Below are positions 1-8,480 of a DNA stretch of 64,000 nucleotides, piece by piece. This stretch comes from Acidimicrobiales bacterium. Its GTDB lineage: Bacteria; Actinomycetota; Acidimicrobiia; Acidimicrobiales; CAIXPF01. The stretch's first letter is position 1, and the number at the start of each line of letters is the position of its first letter. The translations under genes and the position numbers were made by a program. The notes below the pieces were generated by a model, which was given only the letters and a program-made list of their open reading frames with translations, was not told the origin of the DNA and did no database searches. The stretch lies in the NCBI GenBank assembly GCA_046155365.1, contig JBJXFH010000124.1:1249-65248 (forward strand). The letters run 5' to 3'.

Positions 1-3000
1 CTCCGCGAAGGCCGCCTGACCGGTACCGACGGCCACGGTGACCGTGTCCAGGTACCGCTGGGCGTAGCGTTCGTCCTGGTAGACGGCCAGATCCGCTGCC
101 CGCAACCGGACCAGGCGACCCAGCTCACCCTCACCCAACCCGGCGGCCACGATGGCGGCCTCAACTTGGGGGGAGGGCTTGGCCAGCTGATCCTCGGGCA
201 GGACCGACGCGGCGCGCACCACAGCCGGATCCAGCGTCCACTGCCGGCCCCAACGGAATGCCAGCAGGTTGGCCTCCACCGCCGCCCCGTTGAGCTCGAT
301 GGCCTGTTCGATGGCCCCGGCGGAGATGGGCAGCACCCCCAGCTGGTAGGCGGCGCCGATGAGGAACGTGTTGGCGGTGGTGGACTCCCCGAACAGGCCC
401 TCCGTCACCGCCACCGTGTCCAGGTAACGGTTGTGCTCGGCCCGGGTCACGGAGTCCAGTTCGGCCCGCAGGGAGGCGAGTTCGGGGAACTTGGCGTTGG
501 GATCGCGGACCATGAAGCCGGTGGCGGTCTTGGTGGTGGAGGCCACCGCCACGGTGCGGGCCGCGGAAACCCCGTCCAGGTTGGCCGGGGCCAGGCCCAC
601 CAGCAGGTCGAACACCAGGTACACATCCGCGGAGCCCGAAGTCAGCTTGTTCGTCCCCTCCACGTGCTCGGTGGTGATGCGCAGGTCAGATACCACCGGC
701 CCGGCCTTCTGGGACAGCCCGGTCTGGTCCAACCCGCCCACGTTCTTGCCGTCGAGGGTGGCGGCGGTGCCCAGGATCTGGGACACGGTGACCACCCCGG
801 TGCCGCCCACGCCGGGCATGCGGATGGTGGTGTCATCGGCCGGTACCAGCAACGTGGGTTCCGGCAGCGAGGCGGCGTCGATGGCCGGTCGGCGCCGGGC
901 GCCACCCCCGGCCCGGTTGACGCTGCCGGCCTTGCCACCAGCGGCCCCGACGGCCCCCACGCCGGCGAGCTTCATGACCTTGCCCACCAGCGGCAGGCGG
1001 GCCATCAGCCCGGCCTTGGTGGTCCCCTTGGGCACCACGGTCAGGAACGACGGGCAGTCCCCGGCCAGGCAGGAGTAGTCCTTGTTGCAGGAGGACTGGT
1101 GGATGACGGTCTTGCGGCCGAACTCGGTGTCGATGGGCTGCACCGACAAGCAGTTGGACTGCACGCCGCAATCCCCGCAGCCCTCGCAGACCCGTTCGTT
1201 GATCACCACCCGTTCGGCCGGTTCTACCGTGATCCCGCGCTTGCGGTCCCGGCGCTTTTCGGCGGCGCACTGCTGATCGTGGATCAACACCGTGGTGCCC
1301 GGCACCTTGGCCAGCACCTCCTGGGCCTCGATGATGCGGTCCCGGTCCCACACCTCCACCCCCGCGGCCAGCTTCACGCCGCGGTATTTGTCCCGCTCAT
1401 CGGTGGTGACGATGACCTTGGCCGCACCCTCCGCCAGCAGCCACTGCGTCAACTGCGGCACCGCCATGGCCCCGGCCGCGTCCTGGCCGCCGGTCATGGC
1501 CACGGCGCCGTTGTAGAGGATCTTGTAGGTGATGTTGGAACCCGCCGCCACCGCGGAGCGCACACACAGCGATCCGGAGTGCGCGAAGGTGCCGTCGCCC
1601 AGGTTCTGGGTGAAGTGCGCCACGTCCACGAACGGTTCGATGCCGACCCACTGCACACCCTCGCCGCCCATCTGGGTGTTGCCCATCAAGGTGCCCACCC
1701 GGTCCGGGGCCATCAACGTGACCAGCCCGTGGCAGCCGATGCCGGAACCCACCAGCTCACCCTCGGGGACCTTGGTGCCGGTGGAGTGGGGGCAGCCGGA
1801 GCAGAAGTACGGGGTGCGGGTGGGCAGCAGGTTGATCTTCTTGCGGGTGGACTTCTCCACCGGCGGGGTCAACCGCTGCGGGTCGATCTTCACCGTCAGC
1901 CGCCGCCGCAACGGCTCCACCAGGTAATCGGTGTCCAACGCCCCGTAGCCGGGGATCAGCTTGTTGCGATCAGGATCGAACTTGCCGGTCACCCGGGGGG
2001 CGTCGGGCATGCCGTAGAGGGCGTCGCGGAGGTGGCTCTCGATGAACGGGCGCTTTTCCTCGATGACCATGATCTCGTCCAGGCCATCGGCGAAACGGCG
2101 GGCGATCTCCCCCTCGAAGGGATGGATCATGCCCAGCTGCAACAGCCGCACCCCGTTGCGGGCCAGACCGTCCTCGTCCAGGCCCAACAGGGCGCAGGCG
2201 GCCAGCATCTCGTGATAGCAGCGACCGGAGGCCACCAACCCCAACCAGGCGTCGGTGGGGTTGATTGTGATGCGGTTGAGGTGGTTGGCGATGGCGTAGC
2301 GCCGGGCCATCTCGTATTTGGCCTCGTAGATCTCCTGCTCCATGGCGTTGGCCTGGGGACCGCCGAGGCGGCTGTTGACCTTGGGTACGTAGGGCTTGCC
2401 CTGCCATTCGAAGTCCGGATGGACCGGCACGATGCGGCCCGGCCCGGCCTCCGCGGTGGCCGAACCGTCCGCTACCGCGGTCACAATCTTGATGGCGGAC
2501 CACAACCCGCTGGCCCGGGAGATGCCCACCCCGTGACGGCCCAGGTCCAGCACCTCTTGCACGTTGCCCGGTTGCAGGATGGTCTGATGCAAGTCCGCCA
2601 GCGAGTACTCCGAGGCCGACGGCAGCGTGGAGGACTTGTTGGACGGATCGTCCCCGGTCAGGGCCAGTACCCCACCCCAGGGATGGGTGCCGGCGTAGGC
2701 CGCATGCCGGAAGGCGTCCCCGGAACGGTCCAGGCCGGGGGATTTGCCGTACCAGATGCCCAACACGCCATCGAAGCGCTGCTTGGGGAATGTGGAGGAC
2801 AACTGGCTGCCCATCACCGCGGTGGCCCCCAGTTCCTCGTTGAGGCCCGGCCGGTGCACGATGTTGAGCGGGTCCAGCAACTTCTTGTGGGAGATGATCT
2901 CCCGGTCGTACCCGCCCAGCGGGGAGCCCTGGTAGCCGGACACGAAGGTGGCGGTGCGCTTGCCGGCGGCGCGGTCCGCTCGCATCTGGTCGATGGGTAC

Positions 3001-3108
3001 CCGGACCAGGGCCTGGACCCCGGTGAAGAAGAACGAGCCGGACTCCTCCCGGTACTTGGCGTCCAGATCAAACGTCGCCGAGGACCGCTCAGGCATCACT
3101 TCGGTCAT
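1..3108 (-). CDS. indolepyruvate/2-oxoacid:ferredoxin oxidoreductase family protein, large fused type (3' end runs off the window)
   Basis: My own reverse-complement translation from ATG (plus 3106-3108) gives MTEVMPERSSATFDLDAKYREESGSFFFTGVQALVR. An internal ...RTPYFCSGCPHSTGT... Cys motif lies near 1780-1830. The frame stays open to position 1 (1036 codons). It is absent from the ORF track because no stop lies in the window. The 166-3336 + ORF is its antisense shadow. Confidence 0.8.
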   Translation of the reverse strand, partial: MTEVMPERSSATFDLDAKYREESGSFFFTGVQALVRVPIDQMRADRAAGKRTATFVSGYQGSPLGGYDREIISHKKLLDPLNIVHRPGLNEELGATAVMGSQLSSTFPKQRFDGVLGIWYGKSPGLDRSGDAFRHAAYAGTHPWGGVLALTGDDPSNKSSTLPSASEYSLADLHQTILQPGNVQEVLDLGRHGVGISRASGLWSAIKIVTAVADGSATAEAGPGRIVPVHPDFEWQGKPYVPKVNSRLGGPQANAMEQEIYEAKYEMARRYAIANHLNRITINPTDAWLGLVASGRCYHEMLAACALLGLDEDGLARNGVRLLQLGMIHPFEGEIARRFADGLDEIMVIEEKRPFIESHLRDALYGMPDAPRVTGKFDPDRNKLIPGYGALDTDYLVEPLRRRLTVKIDPQRLTPPVEKSTRKKINLLPTRTPYFCSGCPHSTGTKVPEGELVGSGIGCHGLVTLMAPDRVGTLMGNTQMGGEGVQWVGIEPFVDVAHFTQNLGDGTFAHSGSLCVRSAVAAGSNITYKILYNGAVAMTGGQDAAGAMAVPQLTQWLLAEGAAKVIVTTDERDKYRGVKLAAGVEVWDRDRIIEAQEVLAKVPGTTVLIHDQQCAAEKRRDRKRGITVEPAERVVINERVCEGCGDCGVQSNCLSVQPIDTEFGRKTVIHQSSCNKDYSCLAGDCPSFLTVVPKGTTKAGLMARLPLVGKVMKLAGVGAVGAAGGKAGSVNRAGGGARRRPAIDAASLPEPTLLVPADDTTIRMPGVGGTGVVTVSQILGTAATLDGKNVGGLDQTGLSQKAGPVVSDLRITTEHVEGTNKLTSGSADVYLVFDLLVGLAPANLDGVSAARTVAVASTTKTATGFMVRDPNAKFPELASLRAELDSVTRAEHNRYLDTVAVTEGLFGESTTANTFLIGAAYQLGVLPISAGAIEQAIELNGAAVEANLLAFRWGRQWTLDPAVVRAASVLPEDQLAKPSPQVEAAIVAAGLGEGELGRLVRLRAADLAVYQDERYAQRYLDTVTVAVGTGQAAFAE

Positions 3109-3216
3109 GGTCTTCCCCCGATTCGAGCAACGGTGCGCCCGCAGCGTAACCGTCACACGCCAGCAGAGCTCCGGTACCTCGCTTGGGGGTTGCCCCGTTG
3201 GGATAGGATCCCCGGC

Positions 3217-3336
3217 ATGGAACAGGACATCCTTGTGACCAACAGCCCCGATTTCGACGCCGATGTGGACGACCTGCTCGAGGACGAGCTGCTGGTCGAT
3301 GAGATCTCCATCGACGGCATGTGCGGGGTCTACTGA
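3217..3336 (+). CDS. mftA: mycofactocin precursor peptide MftA (39 aa)
   Basis: ATG at 3217 and TGA at 3334-3336. Peptide is MEQDILVTNSPDFDADVDDLLEDELLVDEISIDGMCGVY: an acidic leader with the C-terminal IDGMCGVY signature of MftA. AGGA sits about 9 nt upstream. MftB-like and rSAM-SPASM genes follow directly. Confidence 0.9.
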   Translation: MEQDILVTNSPDFDADVDDLLEDELLVDEISIDGMCGVY

Positions 3337-3626
3337 GCTCGTCCGTCGCCCCTACCCCCGGCCTCGACCGGGCGTTGGAGCTGCACCCTCAGGTCGCGCT
3401 GCGGCCTGAGCCCTTCGGCGCGCTTGCGTACCACTACGGAAATCGCCGCCTGATCTTCCTCCGTCACCCCGACATGGTGGCGGTGGTGAAGGCGCTGGCG
3501 GCCCACCCGGATCTCGGCGCCACCCTCGCCGCCTGCGGTGTTGACCCCCAACGGTGGCCTTCGTTCGTGAAGGCCCTGGCCAAGCTCGAAGGATCGGAGA
3601 TCATCCGTGCCCGCCAAGAAGACTGA
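3321..3626 (+). CDS. mftB: mycofactocin biosynthesis chaperone MftB (RRE-type peptide-binding protein)
   Basis: ...LELHPQVALRPEPFGALAYHYGNRRLIFLRHPDMVAVVKAL... matches the MftB pattern. It sits between mftA and mftC. The start is uncertain: ATG 3321 overlaps mftA, and an in-frame TTG about 50 nt downstream is an alternative. Confidence 0.8.
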   Translation: MRGLLSSSVAPTPGLDRALELHPQVALRPEPFGALAYHYGNRRLIFLRHPDMVAVVKALAAHPDLGATLAACGVDPQRWPSFVKALAKLEGSEIIRARQED

Positions 3627-4758
3627 AACGCTGGCCACCCAGCTCAAATCGGGCCTCGACGCCCCCATTTGTCTCACCTGGGAGCTGACCTACGCCTGCA
3701 ACCTGGCGTGTGTGCACTGCCTGTCCTCATCCGGCCAGCGGGACCCCCGGGAGCTGTCCACCGCGGAGGCCATGCAGGTCATCGACGAGCTGCGTGCGCT
3801 CCAGGTGTTCTACGTGAACATCGGCGGTGGTGAGCCGATGATCCGGCGGGACTTCTTCGAGATCGTCAACTACGCGGTGAACTCGGGGGTGGGGGTCAAG
3901 TTCTCCACCAACGGCGCCTACATCGACGCCGCCCGGGCCCGTGAGCTGGCCGCCATGGACTACCTGGACATCCAGCTCAGCCTGGACGGCGCCGACGCCG
4001 CCACCAATGACGCGGTGCGGGGCGAGGGTTCCTACGCCACCGTGCGCCGGGCCATGGACCACCTGGCGGCAGCCAACTTCGGCCCGTTCAAGGTGTCAGT
4101 GGTGGTCACCCGCCACAACGTGGACCAACTCGACGCCTTCAAGGCCCTCACCGATAGCTACGGCGCCCAGCTGCGGGTCACCCGGCTGCGGCCCGCCGGC
4201 CGGGGCGCGGACACCTGGCATGAGCTGCACCCCACCGCCGAACAGCAGGTCCAGGTGTACCGCTGGCTGCTCCGCCACGGCGAGGACGTGCTCACCGGGG
4301 ACTCGTTCTTCCACCTCAACGCCCTGGGTGAGTCCCTGCCCGGGCTCAACCTGTGCGGCGCCGGTCGAGTGGTGTGTCTCATCGATCCCGTCGGGGACGT
4401 GTACGCCTGCCCGTTCGTGATCCATGAGGATTTCAAGGCCGGCTCGGTCCGTGACCCCGGTGGCTTCGCCCGGGTGTGGCGCCAAAGCGAGCTGTTCCTG
4501 TCCCTGCGGGAGCCGGAGAACCCCGGCGCCTGCGCCAGCTGCGGCAGCTATGACGCTTGCCAGGGCGGTTGCATGGCGGCCAAGTTCTTCACCGGTCTGC
4601 CCCTGGATGGGCCCGATCCCGAGTGCGTCACCGGCCACGGCGCCCCGCTGGTGGCGGCGGTGACCGCCGGCAGCGCCCCCCGCCCGTCGCTGGATCACTC
4701 CAAGCCCACCCCGGTCCGTTTGGGCCGCAAACCGGTCCCGCTCACCGTCGCCCGCTGA
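3607..4758 (+). CDS. mftC: mycofactocin radical SAM maturase MftC (rSAM + SPASM domain)
   Basis: CNLACVHC (CX3CX2C) rSAM motif near the N-terminus, GGGEP motif, and a Cys-rich C-terminal SPASM region (CGAGR...CPF...CASCGSYDACQGGC). GTG start overlaps mftB by 20 nt. Confidence 0.9.
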   Translation: MPAKKTETLATQLKSGLDAPICLTWELTYACNLACVHCLSSSGQRDPRELSTAEAMQVIDELRALQVFYVNIGGGEPMIRRDFFEIVNYAVNSGVGVKFSTNGAYIDAARARELAAMDYLDIQLSLDGADAATNDAVRGEGSYATVRRAMDHLAAANFGPFKVSVVVTRHNVDQLDAFKALTDSYGAQLRVTRLRPAGRGADTWHELHPTAEQQVQVYRWLLRHGEDVLTGDSFFHLNALGESLPGLNLCGAGRVVCLIDPVGDVYACPFVIHEDFKAGSVRDPGGFARVWRQSELFLSLREPENPGACASCGSYDACQGGCMAAKFFTGLPLDGPDPECVTGHGAPLVAAVTAGSAPRPSLDHSKPTPVRLGRKPVPLTVAR

Positions 4759-4870
4759 CGGTCCCCGGCGCGGCGAGACCTGGTACTACGACCCTTGTCC
4801 GATGACAGGGTGTGCGAGCGCCGTTACGGTCCGGCGGCAGCCCCGAGAACCGGGCAGGCAGGAGAGACAA

Positions 4871-6412
4871 ATGCGTGTCCGAGTTGTGATCACGATGTTG
4901 AGCGTGGTGCTCGCAAGCCTGGCGGCCATTGATTCGGCGGGCGCCGCCCCACCATCAGCGTTGACGCTCAGCCCCACCAGCGTGACGGGCGGAAGCTCCT
5001 CGACCGCCACCGTAACCCTCAACGCCGATGCGCCGTCGGGGGGCACCGTCGTCACCCTCACGGACAATTCGGCGGCCACCACCGTGCCGGCAACTGTCAC
5101 CGTCACGGCAGGGAACCGAACCCGGTCCTTCACTGTCACCACCACCGCGGTGACCGCGGTGACGACGTCCACGATCACCGCATCGGCGGATGGCGTTTCT
5201 CAGAACGCGGTGCTCACCGTGAACCCGCCAAGGCCGGGGACCCCGTCCACCGTAGCGCCCGCCAACGACGCCACTGTGGCCCAGCCGATCACGTTCGATT
5301 GGACCGACGTCGCCAACGCGGTTGGCTACGAGATCCAAATCGACAACTCGTCGACCATCGCCGCGCCCTACGTCTTTAGCCAGGCCGTGAGCAGCTCGCA
5401 GACCTCGATCAGTGGCTTGCCGGCGCAGCGGCTGTGGTGGCGTGTCCGAGCGCAGAACTCCGCCGGGCAGTACGGCTCCTACTCGAGCACCCGGCGCTTC
5501 ACCGCCCTTGCCCCGCCAACGGCTGCCAGCCTGTCGTCGGTGACCGTGGCCCCCACAAGTGTCGACGGCGGATCCCCGGCCACCGGGACCATTTCGCTCA
5601 GTTCCGCCGCCCCGTCCGGTGGCGCGGCGGTGACCCTTGCCAGCAGCAACTCGAGTGTCGCAAGCGTTCCGGCCAGTGTCACCGTCCCCGCCGGTGCGAC
5701 CAGTGCGACCTTCCCGCTAACCACAACCACCGTTTCCGCCCAAACCGCGGTCACGATCACCGCCACCGCGGGCAGCGTCACGCTCACGGCGACGATCACG
5801 ATCAATCCCGAAGCCGCGGTGGTCATCACCGCCGATGGTCCATTAGGTCCCGGTTTCGTGGGCTCGGACTTTGTTACCTATGCCACGCTGGGGACGGTCA
5901 TCGCTCTCGGCGGCCCGGCCGTGGGACCCGTCGAGTTCGGGGTGACCGCGGGGCAGCTTCCGGCCGGTCTCCGGCTCGAGGACGTGAACACCAGCGGAAC
6001 CCCGGCCAAGCACACCTGGGTGTCCGTCGTCGGCGTGCCCACCAGCGTCGGGACGAGCAGTTTCAGCGTCACCCTGACCGACGCCAACGGCGTGTCCCGC
6101 ACCGGCACCTACACCATCACCGTCAATCCCGCCCTGACGCTCGTTATCAACCTGCAGGAGCCGTGGACGCCCGTCGTCGGGACCTTCTCGAATCTCTGGA
6201 TCGATGCCACTGGCGGCTCCCGGCCGTACCGCTGGGCCGTGACTGGCGGTGCCCTGCCACCGGGGATGTCCCTGGTCCAGGACAATCCTGATGGCCCGCT
6301 CGTGCGCATCACCGGTACGCCCACAGCCGCCGGGGCGTTCACCTTCACGCTGCGCTTGACCGATGCCACCGGTGCCACGGTGAGCCGGGTGATCACGGTC
6401 ACGGTGGGCTAG
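4871..6412 (+). CDS. secreted multi-domain repeat protein (two ~90-aa beta-rich repeats, FN3-like module, putative-Ig/cadherin-like repeats)
   Basis: GGAGAG RBS then ATG 4871. Signal-peptide-like MRVRVVITMLSVVLASLAAIDSAGAAPP. Internal repeat SPTSVTGGSS..APSGG..VTL..VPA.VTV.AG....F.. occurs twice. Also W.W.V.A-type FN3-like module (WWRVRAQNSAGQYG) and G.LP.G...... repeats. Confidence 0.75.
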   Translation: MRVRVVITMLSVVLASLAAIDSAGAAPPSALTLSPTSVTGGSSSTATVTLNADAPSGGTVVTLTDNSAATTVPATVTVTAGNRTRSFTVTTTAVTAVTTSTITASADGVSQNAVLTVNPPRPGTPSTVAPANDATVAQPITFDWTDVANAVGYEIQIDNSSTIAAPYVFSQAVSSSQTSISGLPAQRLWWRVRAQNSAGQYGSYSSTRRFTALAPPTAASLSSVTVAPTSVDGGSPATGTISLSSAAPSGGAAVTLASSNSSVASVPASVTVPAGATSATFPLTTTTVSAQTAVTITATAGSVTLTATITINPEAAVVITADGPLGPGFVGSDFVTYATLGTVIALGGPAVGPVEFGVTAGQLPAGLRLEDVNTSGTPAKHTWVSVVGVPTSVGTSSFSVTLTDANGVSRTGTYTITVNPALTLVINLQEPWTPVVGTFSNLWIDATGGSRPYRWAVTGGALPPGMSLVQDNPDGPLVRITGTPTAAGAFTFTLRLTDATGATVSRVITVTVG

Positions 6413-6527
6413 CTCGGGGCTCGCTTACCGGCTCGCGGCCTCGTTCTGTCACCGGGGCCAGCCCTGTGCATCTGATTGGTCGCGAAACCGCTCACTGGCT
6501 CCGCTCCCTGCGGGCGGGCAGACTGCG

Positions 6528-8480
6528 ATGGTGCAACTGTGCGACCCGCTACCTCTCGGGCCGCGCACGGCCCCCTCGGCGGTCCTCTTCGGGCCCATCG
6601 TCACCAACCTCGGCACCGACGAGCGTGCCCTCAGCGACCGCCATTGCGCCTTCTACGCCCGTCGGGCCCGGGGCGGCGCAGGGGTCGTCGTGGTTGAAGG
6701 TGCCAGTGTGCATCCGCTCGCCTGGCCCTACGAGCGGGCGCCGCTGGCCGAACGCTGCGGGCCGGGATGGGCCGCCATCGCCAGCGCCTGCCACGACCAC
6801 GGCGCGTTGGTGCTGGCCAGCTTGGATCACGCCGGTGGGCAGGGTTCCTCCGCCTACAGCCAGCGCGAATTGTGGGCTCCCAGCCGGGTTCCCGAGGTCA
6901 ACAGCCGCGAGGTTCCCAAGTGGATGGAACCGGGTGACATCAACGAGGTGATCGAGGGGTTTGCGGCCGCCGCAGCTTGGGCCCGGGCCGCCGGTCTGGA
7001 CGGCGTCGAGATCAACTGCGGCCAGCACAGCCTGCTGCGGCAGTTTCTTTCCGGTCTGACCAATCACCGGGATGACGAGTACGGCCAGGACCGTTTGCTG
7101 CTGGCCCGCCGGGTGCTGGGCGTGGTCCGCGCCGCCGTCGGGGCCGACCTGGTGGTGGGCCTGCGGCTGTGCGCCGACGAGCTGGCGCCGTGGGCAGGCA
7201 TCACCCCCGAGATGGCCCCCGACATCGCCAACGGCCTCATCACCGGGGTCAATGGTGTGGTGGCGGTCGACTATCTGACCGTGGTTCGCGGGTCGATCTT
7301 CTCGGTGGAAAAGACCCGGTCCGATTACCACGAGCCGCCCAACTACAACTGGGAGCTGTGCCGGTCGCTGCGGGCGGCGGTGCCTGAATCGGTGAAGGTG
7401 TTCCTGCAGGGCTCGGTGGTGGACCCCGCAGCCGCCGAGGCCGCCCTGGAGCAGGGTGTGGCCGAAGGGGTGGAGATGACCCGGGCGCTGCTGGCCGATC
7501 CCGATCTGGTGCACAAAGTCCGCAACGGCATGGCCGAGCGGGTCCGGCCCTGCCTGCGCTGTAACCAGAGCTGCCAGGTGCGCGACGCCCGCAACCCCCT
7601 CATCACCTGCGTGGTGGAGCCCTCCACCGGCCACGAGCTGGACGATCCCTGCTGGGAGGAGCCGGCGCCCCGCCCCCTCCGTATGGCGGTGGTAGGCGGT
7701 GGGCCCGCCGGCATGGAAGCGGCCCGGGTGGCAGCCGCCCGAGGCCATCAGGTGACCGTGTTCGAGGCCGGTGACCGGCTCGGAGGGTTGCCGGCGGTGT
7801 GCGGACCGGCCGGGCCGCTGGTGGCGTGGCAGGAGCGCGAGCTGGACCGCCTGGCGGTGGACGTCCGGCTCAACACCACCTGGGATGGGAACCAGGGGTT
7901 CGACGTGGTCATCGGCGCCGTCGGGGCCCGGGCCGGCGAACGCCCGTTCGAGGCGGACCCTGACGCCACCGTGATCGACGTGGCCTCGTTGCGGTTGGGT
8001 CGGGTGGCGTTGCCGCCGGAAGGTTCGGTGGTGCTGTTCGATCCCATCGGCGGGCCCATCGCGGTGGAGCTCGCCACCGAGCTGGGGGAGCGGGCGGTGC
8101 TGGTCACGCAGGACAACATCGCCGGCAACGAGCTGTCGCGCAGCGGTGACCTGGCCCCGGCCAACGTGCGCCTGCAACAACGGCAGGTCCGCATCGTGCG
8201 CCGCGCCCTGTTGCGCTCGGTACACGCCGATCACGTGATGGTCGAGGACCGTTACAGCGGGCAGCAGTCCCGTATCGAGGCGGTCGTCACCGTGGACTGC
8301 GGGTTCCGGCAGCCCGAACCGGCCCCCGCCGGCGTCGACATTGCCGCCGGGGACCTGGTGGCTCCCCGCACGGTGCTCGAGGCGGTCCTCGACGCCCGGC
8401 GAGCGGTCCTGGCCGCAGAAGCGTTGACCGCCGCAGGCCCTCCGTCCCGCCCCGTCGCCGAGCCCGGAGCTGCCCGATGA
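6528..8480 (+). CDS. FadH/OYE-family NADH:flavin oxidoreductase with 4Fe-4S and FAD/NAD(P) domain (mycofactocin-system OYE paralog 1-like)
   Basis: TIM-barrel OYE region (DGVEINCGQHSLLRQFLS), Cys cluster RPCLRCNQSCQVRDARNPLITC, and Rossmann motif VAVVGGGPAGMEAA. ATGA overlap with the next paralog. Confidence 0.8.
   Translation: MVQLCDPLPLGPRTAPSAVLFGPIVTNLGTDERALSDRHCAFYARRARGGAGVVVVEGASVHPLAWPYERAPLAERCGPGWAAIASACHDHGALVLASLDHAGGQGSSAYSQRELWAPSRVPEVNSREVPKWMEPGDINEVIEGFAAAAAWARAAGLDGVEINCGQHSLLRQFLSGLTNHRDDEYGQDRLLLARRVLGVVRAAVGADLVVGLRLCADELAPWAGITPEMAPDIANGLITGVNGVVAVDYLTVVRGSIFSVEKTRSDYHEPPNYNWELCRSLRAAVPESVKVFLQGSVVDPAAAEAALEQGVAEGVEMTRALLADPDLVHKVRNGMAERVRPCLRCNQSCQVRDARNPLITCVVEPSTGHELDDPCWEEPAPRPLRMAVVGGGPAGMEAARVAAARGHQVTVFEAGDRLGGLPAVCGPAGPLVAWQERELDRLAVDVRLNTTWDGNQGFDVVIGAVGARAGERPFEADPDATVIDVASLRLGRVALPPEGSVVLFDPIGGPIAVELATELGERAVLVTQDNIAGNELSRSGDLAPANVRLQQRQVRIVRRALLRSVHADHVMVEDRYSGQQSRIEAVVTVDCGFRQPEPAPAGVDIAAGDLVAPRTVLEAVLDARRAVLAAEALTAAGPPSRPVAEPGAAR

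Noticed and set aside
166-3216. The 1056-aa + strand ORF, the largest in the track.
   Set aside because: Its translation is Gly/Ala/Arg/His/Pro/Gln-rich low-complexity sequence typical of an antisense frame in high-GC DNA. The opposite strand encodes a recognisable ferredoxin oxidoreductase (FCSGCPH motif, canonical N-terminus). Only the last 39 codons (mftA) are real.
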